Below, in pieces: positions 1 through 9,037 of a stretch of 64,000 bases of DNA. A program made the position numbers and the translations under genes. The DNA comes from Epithemia pelagica (lineage: Eukaryota; Protista; Bacillariophyta), in contig OX337228.1 in assembly GCA_946965045.2 (NCBI GenBank), positions 6,919,077 through 6,983,076 on the forward strand, read 5' to 3'. Position 1 is the stretch's first letter; every line of letters begins with the position of its first letter. Under the pieces are notes generated by a model. That model did no database searches. It was given only the letters and a program-made list of their open reading frames with translations, and was not told where the DNA came from.

Positions 1-978
1 TACTGACGGCAACAACTGTTTGACCCGCCGACAAACTCTGCTATCTATTCTTCTTCTTCTTGTGGGTCGTTGTCGTCACAGACAGTGGTCCAGGAGAGGA
101 ACCGAAGATGGTGGTGTTGCGTTGGGTGTTGTTGCTGTTGTTTTGTTCTCAGTAGCAGTAGCAGCTATTAGTTTTTCGGGTGTACACTGCTTTCCAGACA
201 GAACGCGACCTGACACGGGGGTGCTTTCGTTTGGTCCAAAGAGTACGAGAGTGGCAGAACGAGTACGATGGTGGAGGGAGACATTCGAACCGACCTTCTG
301 TAGGTCCAACTAGTACGAGTACTTAGGAACTCCTCCACCTATGCCCCAGTCGTGGTCAGCGGACCCAGCGGCGCGCGGCGCACCGCCAGAGACGCCGGCT
401 GTTCCTTCGTTGTGGCGGCCCATCCTCACGATAGTATGAGTCGATCGATCCACCTCGTATCTTATGGGGGAATCGAATCCATCAGTTCTAGATGCCAGAT
501 TTCTCCATAGATCCAGTTGACCGGATATCCCAAACGTATCCACACTCGACATGCCATTGTACGGTCAAGACTCTGTGCTTCGTGTCGTCATGTCCTCTTC
601 TTCTGTTTTGGATCACTTTGATCAGTCGATTGTTTCTTTCACCAGCTCTGGCGGATCCAAACTATGAGTATGTACGTGTGAGATTTTAGAAGCAGAAGTG
701 GCCGAGTTTGTGGGAACTCCAACACTCCCCCGATCCAACGACCACCCATGTGTCCCTCCCCGACAGATTTGATTGCCAGTCATTGCATGCATCAACGGTT
801 GGCACCATTGCGCAACGCGAACGCATTCGAACAAAATGGTGAGACAAAGTTCCAACTCGGAAAAGGACGGATCCTTGGATTCGTTGGATGATGATTGACT
901 TGAAGCAAAAGTATTGGTGGTCTTCGTGTCGGCAGTTTCTTGCTCGTTCTCTGCAAAAGAATGCGCTGCTACCCGATC
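1..978 (-). pseudogene. Decayed gene fragment of unknown family
   Basis: ORFs 622-1053, 310-552 and 76-309 share one minus-strand frame, broken by in-frame stops (TGA x3 between 624 and 553, TAG at 310-312). No recognisable domain. Confidence 0.35.
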
Positions 979-2415
979 ATGGCTCAACTCAAGAGAACTG
1001 CAAAATTGTTGTTGGAGACGACAAATGACTCGTTTATGGCCAATGGCTCCCAAGGATCCTTGTTATCGCGACTGACCGTGGCGGCCTTGCGTCTCAACAA
1101 TCATGCAATCGCCACGAACGCCATTTCCCATCGTCAAAATCAGTTTCGCAATGACATGAATCCTCTGGAAAGTTGTGCGATTGTACGAAATCTATTGCGC
1201 GCTGGAAATGGGACAGAGGCGTACCAAATCCTCGAGGAGGAATTGTCGTTGCCCATGATATCAACCAACGAGGACGAAACGACTGAAACACATTGCAATT
1301 TGTTAAAATTTCGAGCCCAAGCCCTGGCATCCATTGCCTCGTGGCATTTTTTCGGGGGAGAACCTCGAGCTGCAGTGTATGCGTGTCGTATAATGTGTGC
1401 CATGGGACCTGCTGTGCGCCAGGCAGAGATTTCGGGTTCGGAACTGGGAGTGCCCTTTTTGCGTCTCTTACAAGGCGCCAGTCAATGTCAATCCAAGATT
1501 CGTACAGGAGAAATAGTCAACGAGGCTTTCCTTGGCCCCAACAGCGAAAAAGTGAGCAAACTCCAAGTTCCCTGTAACGTAGTGTATGCCGTTTTGGATG
1601 TCATGATGACTTTACCTTCGGAAAATGACGACCGCGTCTACGAGGTACTTTCGAATGCCTTGGTACGCCGCGTTCTGTTTGTGACGGGGGCAGTCAACAT
1701 GGATGGTTGTCCTCCACCCGATCGAGGGGAAGCGGCCTTTATCGGAAGAAGCAATGTGGGCAAGAGTAGCCTGGTCAATGGCGTGACGAACCGCAAAGCA
1801 CTGGCCTATACTAGCAAACGACCCGGCAAGACACAACAGTTCAACTTTTTTGCCGTCAATGACAAGGTCGGTAGAGAACAAGAAATCAAATACGGCGACA
1901 TGGTGCATGGAAGCAAGGATGCAGATTCGTTCTATATGGTAGACGTAAGTGAAATTGCTGTTTCGTGGACATCTGGAAAGAGCGCTCGTTCTCACACGTG
2001 CTGCTTCTACCAGCTCTCCGGATTTGGCTACGCCAGGGTACCAGAGAAACAACGCCAAGAATGGTCCTCCTTTATGCAAGATTACATTGCAACTCGCCCA
2101 ACCCTTCGAGTCTTGTTTCACTTGATTGATAGTAGGCATGGTCCAACTGAAGAGGATGCCGCTATTATGAAGCAAGTCGAGGAAAACATTCCTCCCACAG
2201 CCAAATATGTAATTGTCCTAACAAAGGCGGATAAGAATAGCAAAGGAGCACCGGGAAACTATTCTGGAAAGGTATCCAACGATGTCATGAACAAGCTGCG
2301 CCAGGTAATGGGAGAAACGTTACAGCATGATGTTCCTGTTGTTTTGACATCGGCGGAAAGCAAGCTCGGCAGAGATAAAATGTGGAGCTATCTTCGCCGT
2401 GCTGCCATTTCCTAA
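979..2415 (+). CDS. engB: EngB/YihA-family GTPase lacking the N-terminal presequence (intron 1945-2013)
   Basis: G1 GRSNVGKSS, switch I SKRPGKTQ, G3 DLSG after splicing GTAAGT..CAG, G4 TKADK. The ATG at 979 comes from the duplication junction. The first ~120 aa seen in copy 2 are absent. Confidence 0.8.
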   Translation: MAQLKRTAKLLLETTNDSFMANGSQGSLLSRLTVAALRLNNHAIATNAISHRQNQFRNDMNPLESCAIVRNLLRAGNGTEAYQILEEELSLPMISTNEDETTETHCNLLKFRAQALASIASWHFFGGEPRAAVYACRIMCAMGPAVRQAEISGSELGVPFLRLLQGASQCQSKIRTGEIVNEAFLGPNSEKVSKLQVPCNVVYAVLDVMMTLPSENDDRVYEVLSNALVRRVLFVTGAVNMDGCPPPDRGEAAFIGRSNVGKSSLVNGVTNRKALAYTSKRPGKTQQFNFFAVNDKVGREQEIKYGDMVHGSKDADSFYMVDVSEIAVSWTSGKSARSHTCCFYQLSGFGYARVPEKQRQEWSSFMQDYIATRPTLRVLFHLIDSRHGPTEEDAAIMKQVEENIPPTAKYVIVLTKADKNSKGAPGNYSGKVSNDVMNKLRQVMGETLQHDVPVVLTSAESKLGRDKMWSYLRRAAIS

Positions 2416-2443
2416 ACTGTGGCGCACGGTTCTCTTAAGTCTA

Positions 2444-3930
2444 TCAACTGGTTTCGGTCCCTTGTTTCCCCGACGACATGACCCAATCCGGCATGCGATT
2501 CAGTTTCCAATGACTCAGATCGACCTTGTTCCGTTCGGCCAGGGCAAGCACTTTCAAAAACAGCAGTGTTGCCGGTTCGGCATTGGAACCAATTTCTTCG
2601 CAGATAATGTTCAAAACAATCTCAAAGGCGTGATGTGACGGTGGATCATCGATATCGTACAGCATTTCGACCTTCGAACCTCGGTGGCATTCATTAACAG
2701 GGGAGTGGTAAGACTGTCCATTTTTACCAAGAGATCCCATGCTTTCTTGGACCAATATAGTTCCTCTGGGGGCGTTTCTCCTTTTTGCTTAGCTTCTTGC
2801 CAATAAGCCCATAGGACACGTTTGTAGTCGGCTCCTTTTACTTGTACACCCAATCAGGGTTCGCAGCTACAAGTGCGCCAGCCATGTCGTAAAGTGTTGT
2901 CCCACTTGCGGAGGAGAAATGAGGGTGAGCAGCGTCGTATGTTGCGAGGTGCTGGTTAATGACTCCGACTTGGACATGGACGAATCCAGCAAGGCCATGA
3001 CAAATTCCACGTCACTGACAGAGTTTCGATCGGATTTGGGTGTGTCGCATAATAATGGCAGAGCAGATGTTTGCACTGTTCAAGGTACCACCCAGACAGA
3101 GGAACTGGAGGACTTTTTCGGTTTGCGAGGCATCCAAAATGGTAAAGGTGGGATCTTGTTTGAGTGCAATGTCCAAGAGCTCGATAAAGCGTTCCGAAGC
3201 CTCTCGACAATATTCGGGCAAGGTGAATCCAATTCCTGCCGGAGTGGATTACGACGATGTGGTTGTTGAGCTTGGAGCAAACGGGCAAACGAAAAGAGCA
3301 TGGGTCGCAACACGTTGAGAGTGGTGGATTGTCCCACTTTGGTATACTCGTGAATCGCCGTATCCGATTTGGAGTTTTTCGGATTGTCGTCTGGTTTCGA
3401 TTCAGAGTCTGCTTCTTCTTCCTCTTCTTTTTGTGCACGACCGGTCAAAAAGTTGACAATGCTGGATGCGGTGCAACCCTCGAAGAGCCGCCAGTGCCAA
3501 ATCCAAGAGTTGCATTTGAGTTCGTCTCTGTTTTCGGTAGGTGGTTCGTCGTCAAGGGAAAGCTTTGGTTTGGACGACACAGCCCCATCTCGCACAAAGG
3601 ACTCGAATCATATGGTCCTCTCGACTGTGCACCACGGCACTCTTTTCAATGGCAACTTGCGCCTTGCAAATCGCTTCGTCGAATGATTTGGAGGCACCAT
3701 CAAAGTCACCTTGCTTCAGAAGCGCCCGACCATGTCGTGTTAAGAGTTTCACTTCGAGCGGTGGCCCCCATCTCTAGAGAAATGCTCTCCGTTTTTGGAA
3801 ATGTGCTTAAGGCCATCACGGCAATCACAGGCCGACACTTCGAATAGACCCCATCATTAACAGTGAGGCTGCTCGTTTCGAATGGAGAACTGCTAACAAA
3901 TCTCCCAATTGGATACAAGCTGGGCTTTCG
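2444..3930 (-). pseudogene. TPR-like-motif protein pseudogene, copy 1
   Basis: TPR-like helix pair KLLTRHGRALLKQGDFDGASKSFDEAI, then a 1-nt frameshift (ctt-t-gtg) and in-frame stops (e.g. KLCQ*RGICHG). Fragments spread over several frames. Confidence 0.55.
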
Positions 3931-3978
3931 GATAGCATTCTAATACCATGGTATAATGGCGAATTGAAGCCCCGTAGT

Positions 3979-4020
3979 CACCTTTCATGTAGCACCTTTC
4001 ATGAAGCACCTTTCATGTAG
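3979..4020 (+). repeat. 14-bp tandem repeat CACCTTTCATG(T/A)AG x3
   Basis: Units at 3979, 3993, 4007. Confidence 0.95.
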
Positions 4021-4317
4021 CATCGACGAGCGTCTTCCTTGATTGCCGCAATGGAATTCTTCATCTCCATTCTTGCGACCGTGTCACGATGCCCCTCTGG
4101 TTGATTGTTGCGCCGAACTCCGTTGCCCTCGAGGAACGTGTTGTTGCCGTAGAGGTGCGTGCAAGACTGCCCCGACGGTTGATTGTTGCACTGTGTTAAA
4201 CCGACCCCGCTGCCTCGCAGCTCCAGGGTCCGATCGCCAATCAACACGAAACGCCAACAACAACACGCAACAATCCAACACGCACAAAAAACAAATACGA
4301 ACGAAATACGATTGACC

Positions 4318-5238
4318 ATGATGATGTGTGATTGTAATTACTGTTACGAAAAGATGATCAGCTCCGAATGGGCTCTGTTAGTTGCTCCTTTTGTGGTTCT
4401 CATACTGTGTTACGGTGTCGCTGATGTCCTCGATGAGGCGAAACTTATCGTCCAACACCTGTTTCGGGTCATTTTCAGCAAGAAAAGTCGTACTACAAGT
4501 AGCGAGCATACGGAGCTTCGACACGAACATGCGGAGCTTCGACAGCTTCGACACGACAAAGCTCAGCTTCAACAACAGCTGGCCATTGCCGAAGCTAAGC
4601 AACAAAAAGAAATTGCAGCGAAGGATGGAGCCTACAAGAAGCTTCGTCGCGAGAATGCGGCGCTTCGAGTGAGGAAAGTGCGGTCTGGCCGAAAGCTTCG
4701 ACGCGAAAATGCTCAGCTTCAACAACAGCTTGCTGTTGCCGAAGCAAAGCTTGCTGCGAAGCAACGCGAGAATGGTCGCCACGAGGATGGAGAGATCGAG
4801 ATTCGCGATCGCGAGGAGGAGGTCGACGTCGACACTGTTGCTGTTCTGCCTTGCGAGTTCGACGCTGACTTGGACTTCCCTCCTCTCGCACTCGCAGACG
4901 ATCTCGAGGACGACGAGGAGACCCCTCTAGTTCCAGTGGACCGTCCTGAGCCTGAACCCGCGCTCATCCCCGACAACGACGACGAAATCACTTTGGGGCA
5001 CGACTCACCCCCTCGAAAGTCCACCCCTCCTTCCCCCTACCCCACCCCCACTGAAAAAGATACCTCGCCTCAGATGGATGAGAATGCCCCCCAGAGCGTG
5101 ATCGAGAGTTCCGCCGGCCCCGAGAACACCCCACATTTGGGCAGAATCCTTACTGTTGCCTACTCCAAAAAGGCACGCCGAATGGTTCACGTTCGACGAT
5201 CCGCTCGTCTTTTGTCAGCGGGTACGGGTAAAAAATAG
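4318..5238 (+). CDS. Orphan 306-aa protein: hydrophobic helix, repeated coiled coil, acidic/Pro region, basic C-terminus RRSARLLSA
   Basis: Intact ORF in both duplicate copies. Hydrophobic segment WALLVAPFVVLILCYGVA; internal repeat (K/E)AQLQQQLA(I/V)AEAK. Confidence 0.7.
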   Translation: MMMCDCNYCYEKMISSEWALLVAPFVVLILCYGVADVLDEAKLIVQHLFRVIFSKKSRTTSSEHTELRHEHAELRQLRHDKAQLQQQLAIAEAKQQKEIAAKDGAYKKLRRENAALRVRKVRSGRKLRRENAQLQQQLAVAEAKLAAKQRENGRHEDGEIEIRDREEEVDVDTVAVLPCEFDADLDFPPLALADDLEDDEETPLVPVDRPEPEPALIPDNDDEITLGHDSPPRKSTPPSPYPTPTEKDTSPQMDENAPQSVIESSAGPENTPHLGRILTVAYSKKARRMVHVRRSARLLSAGTGKK

Positions 5239-5478
5239 AAAAACAGAAAAATAACATGTCGGTTGTCGGTTGCCAGTGGTACGTGCGCACGTTCGTGTCG
5301 GTTATGAATCTTTCCATACTCTCACTCTACCCCTTCTTCTGTTTCTAGCGATTGCAAAATTCTACTCCTACTCCTACATCAGCTGAGTCTAGCTCGAGTC
5401 CTTGTCGGAGATGTCCTTGTTGGTTTGTTGGTTTGTTGGTGTGTTGGTTGTCGGTGTGTTGGTTGTCGGTGTTATCAC

Positions 5479-5895
5479 AAAACCCTGGTGGCACGAGGAC
5501 TTTGTCCTTGTGTCATCAGGTATGGCATGGAGACTTCGGTCTCTGTGCCATTTGGGAAGAGTGCCATAGTTGCCCCTGGAGAATCCATTGATTCCTCCAG
5601 GCTTCCCAAATTTCACAAAATCCTGGTGGCACGAGGACTTTGTCCTTGTGTCACCAGGTATGGCATGGAGACTTCGGTCTCTGTGCCATCCCAAAATCCT
5701 GGTGGCACGAGGACTTTGTCCTTGTGTCACCAGGTATGGCATGGAGACTTCGGTCTCTGTGCCATCCCAAAATCCTGGTGGCACGAGGACTTTGTCCTTG
5801 TGTCACCAGGTATGGCATGGAGACTTCGGTCTCTGTGCCATTCGGGAAGAGTGCCATAGTTGCCCCTGGAGAATCCATTGATTCCTCCGCTTCCC
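5479..5895 (+). ncRNA. Array of 76-bp double-hairpin units (4 copies) with two copies of a third structured module; candidate structured RNA
   Basis: Units at 5479, 5617, 5693, 5769. H1 is a 17-bp stem with a TTT loop; H2 is a 13-bp stem with a C(TTCG)G loop. All non-Watson-Crick pairs in H1 and H2 are G-U on the + strand. Confidence 0.6.
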
Positions 5896-6436
5896 TACCC
5901 GCTGTATTTAAGTGTTGGGTTGATCGATAACGAGTGGATTAGTGTTTCGGCTAAAATGTTTCTATATAACATGTAGTGGTAACAATAGCAAGTGGAATTT
6001 TTGAACATGCACGACAACATTGCTGACTAGTGATTCCTAGGAGTAGTCGACAATCAGAGAGGATAAATGGTAATTGCTGTTTAAGTGGCTGAAGCTACTT
6101 CATGCGCTTCTTTGTGAGCTTTCTTGCCTTTCCTACACCAGAGCGACCCTTCTTTTTCCGGAAACTTGATGGTCCAAATCCATCATCCTATTCGTAGTCG
6201 ATCTCCCTTGGCGTATTGTCCCTTTCTTATCTTTCTCTCTTTTTCAAAACACCACCACCCTCAACTACGCTCTTTAGCACCTTCATACTTGGTTCTCGTT
6301 CATTCTGCGAAACCTTCTTATTTCCAGTGGCACTCTTGTATTTTGGTTTCTTCCGATTGGACAACACATCTTTTTGCGCTATGGTTCATCCTCTCTCATT
6401 GTGTCAAATCGCTCCATAGATGCAGTCGATCGTTGA

Positions 6437-6928
6437 GTGACCCAGAGAGGAGAAACCGTGGAATCCTTGCCACGCTTCCTGGATGATATATCGGTCTACT
6501 CTTTTTTGTCGCCTGCAAGTCTACTGGGACGCCAGGTATGTGGACGGTGGAACCATTGTCACGATCCATGGGTATTTGATTTCATGGAGCGACAAGTGGT
6601 GCCGCTTGCCAAGACTCTTGCACGTTCCGGATTGCGCATACCTTGTTCTGTGTGTTTCTCCATTCGGGCACGCTTTTCGCTTCGCGCTGCCGTTCCCATG
6701 GATCTGCATGAGAGGGATCCTCCTTGTTTTTGACCTCCACATAATTTGGCCATTCGTTGCTGTCGTCGTTTGCTGTTTGATATCCTCCATGACGGAACAT
6801 TCATGTTCCAGTGGCTTTGTCCCATACCGTTCGCGAGCGCTTGTTCTTTGGCAATGGAATTCCTCTCTCCCCCGCGCAAACGTTTCCCATTTCGTCTTGT
6901 TCTTTGCTTCTGGAGGAGGCTGGAATGA
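6437..6928 (+). pseudogene. F-box protein pseudogene, copy 1
   Basis: LPRFLDDISVYSFLSPASLLGRQVCGRW fits the F-box pattern LP..I.SFL...L..VC.RW. Early stop at 6733; the continuation is fragmented. Confidence 0.6.
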
Positions 6929-6949
6929 CCACGTACGTTGCGTGAGAGT

Positions 6950-7560
6950 CTGACAAACTGGACAAGAACACGAGGAACTCGACAATCGTCTGGCAGAGGC
7001 AGACGCACCATTGCCCCAGCGTCACTCGTTTCGTTGGGGAGTTGCCACACGGCCTCTACAAGAAACTGGGCACAACCACCATTGGAGGCGTTCTGGAGTA
7101 AACAAGCCTCGTCGACACGGTCAAAGTCGAACGCAGGGGTCCACGATGCTTTGAGTTTGCTGGTTTTTGTTTCTGGTCGATTGAGAGCATATCGACGAGG
7201 TGCGCAATCATGGCCAACAACCAATTTTTCAAATCCAAAAAGTGCCAAAGGTTCTCCGTTGGACGACACGGGCTGCCGAATTGGCGTTTCCATTGTCATT
7301 GGAGTTGCGCTTTCCGCTTCACGTTCCTGTTGTGAATTTTCCGATGCACTGGCACTTTCTTGGTCGTCCTCGACGGCAAGGCCGTCTTGGCATTCTGAAC
7401 CATCAATTCCTATAGTTCCTCCATATTGGTTGTCACAGCAGCAACCTTATGGGACACCAATTCTCCCGTGGCGAATTCCTGTGGAGAATGAATCCGTCTT
7501 GAGAAGGACAATTCCTTGCACCATGATATTCGAGATTTTATAAAACAAACACACACACTC
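6950..7560 (-). pseudogene. Decayed unknown gene, copy 1
   Basis: Minus-strand frames give SWTPAFDFDRVDEAC...VWQLP.ETSD...MVRLPLPDD, conserved with 17520-18260 despite many indels. Confidence 0.45.
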
Positions 7561-8469
7561 AAGTCCAACGAACATGGAGTAGTCGACCAAACTGATGACT
7601 GTGGATCTTTTGAGCGAGAAAAAGATCTGAAGGATACGTGTGTTGAAAAGATACGTGTCTTGTCTACAGTATGGGCTATTCTAGAGGAAAACCACAGAAA
7701 CTACCTATACTATGTTGTCGTATCGTCGACCGATTCACGAGCGACCCACTTCTGTCGTTCGAACTTGCGCGCCCACGCGAGGCGGCCCGGTGCGCGAAAT
7801 GTGCGACCAAAACTTGGTAGCAGCAGGAAACCCTCCAATTAGAAGGCATACGAGTAGTGTAGTTGCCCTTTGGAATCCGCTCGATAAGGAGTACACCTCC
7901 GTGTGGTTGATTCACACTCAAGACTCAATCTATCCTAACTAGTTCTCTGACTTTGATACCGACAGCAATGACGACTCGACGAGTTCGAGAAAGGACCGTT
8001 CTGCACAGGCGGTGGATTTGTGCCATAAGATTTCAAGTCGATTGGCGAGCTTGATAGACCAGCACAAAGAGGAGGAGGAGGAGAATGATGATGATGGCTG
8101 CTTGGAGAAGAAGGAAGATCCAGACCGTGTTGGTGATGGCCTTCGTTGGTCCACAGAGGCCGAGTTTCATGATCCGGACAATTCGTACGATATCAGGAGG
8201 ATGACAAGCCTGCACACGACGAGACCACAGTGAGTCTTTGAGGGCGTGCTCCAGAACGCGATGCAGAGTTTGAAGACAAGGTTCAAAACAAGAGTCGTCG
8301 TCAAGAGCAAAAGAAGACCCACCAAAAGAAAAGGCAAGACGCTCGGTTGGTGTCTTGTTTATTGAGAGTTTCGGAAAATCGTGACTCCTCCACAGTACTC
8401 AGTCGCCAACAAGCCTTGAGTCAGTCGATGCGCCCAATGGCTCAGACGACTTGTGGCCAGTGAAAAGCT

Positions 8470-8805
8470 GCGATTCTTTGATCGGAGTGCTGCGGATATT
8501 CGCAAGGCCTATATCGCAGCATGGTCACCCGTGTACATCCAGATCAAAATCACAATGTTCGAGCGGACCGTGCATTGCCTACAGTATTCTGTCGGATAAG
8601 AATCAACACAAAGCGTACGATGAAACCTGGAGCGTTCAGTCCTATGATGGATGGATGGATGGATGGATGGAATGATCGACAAACGCGGCTGGCTCAAACC
8701 ACACAAGCGACTCTCATGACAGTCGTACGACTTGTTACCATGGTCCAGAAAGTTGTAGGACCATTTGCCGTTCCTGTTGGAATTCTCGCGGCTGTTTTCC
8801 TTTGA
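8470..8805 (+). pseudogene. DnaJ (J-domain) protein pseudogene
   Basis: Across two frameshifts: ADIRKAY / RSMVTRVHPDQN (HPD motif) / IAYSILSDKNQHKAYD. A hydrophobic tail VVGPFAVPVGILAAVFL follows. Confidence 0.7.
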
Positions 8806-9037
8806 AGTTGGCGTTCCATACTGTTGGAGTCGGTTCATTGTCAAGTGGAATGGTTTTGTATCAGTATGAAACTCAAACATTCAAGTGAAGCCGTAGGAGA
8901 ACAACAAGGCATCTCATCCTCCTCCGACCATAGTACCAGATCCTATTACAAAAGCAGCACCACAGAGCAGCAGCGGTCCAATCTTGCATCAATTGGAACT
9001 GAATAATTTCACCTTGCAGGATGTGACACAACGCACA

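Larger units (their letters stand above)
3979..5895 (+). mobile_element. Putative inserted orphan element, copy 1 (14-bp array, ORF, hairpin array)
   Basis: Compact unit with tandem arrays at both ends and one intact ORF, set between decayed host genes. No TIR, TSD or transposase found, so mobility is inferred. Confidence 0.4.
982..7948 (+). repeat. Segmental duplication, copy 1 (partner 11572-18577)
   Basis: Direct sequence match from gctcaactc (982/11572) to actagttctct (7948/18577). Near-identical up to about 6950/17520, clearly more diverged after that. Confidence 0.95.

Noticed and set aside
5479-5895. Known self-cleaving ribozyme (hammerhead, HDV-like, twister, pistol)
   Set aside because: The minus strand has CTGATGA in only one unit and no GAAA after the stem; there is no HDV J4/2 linker; other cores did not match by eye. 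A covariance search is still needed.
3965-6095. TGAAGC at 3965 and 6090 as a TSD for the orphan element
   Set aside because: Only 6 bp, altered in copy 2 (TGAAGT), and not supported by terminal repeats.
8672-9037. Frame upstream of SF1 continuing toward the J-domain relic, suggesting a DnaJ-SF1 fusion
   Set aside because: That frame has four stops, and the more plausible DnaJ continuation (hydrophobic tail, 8521-8805) is in a different frame.
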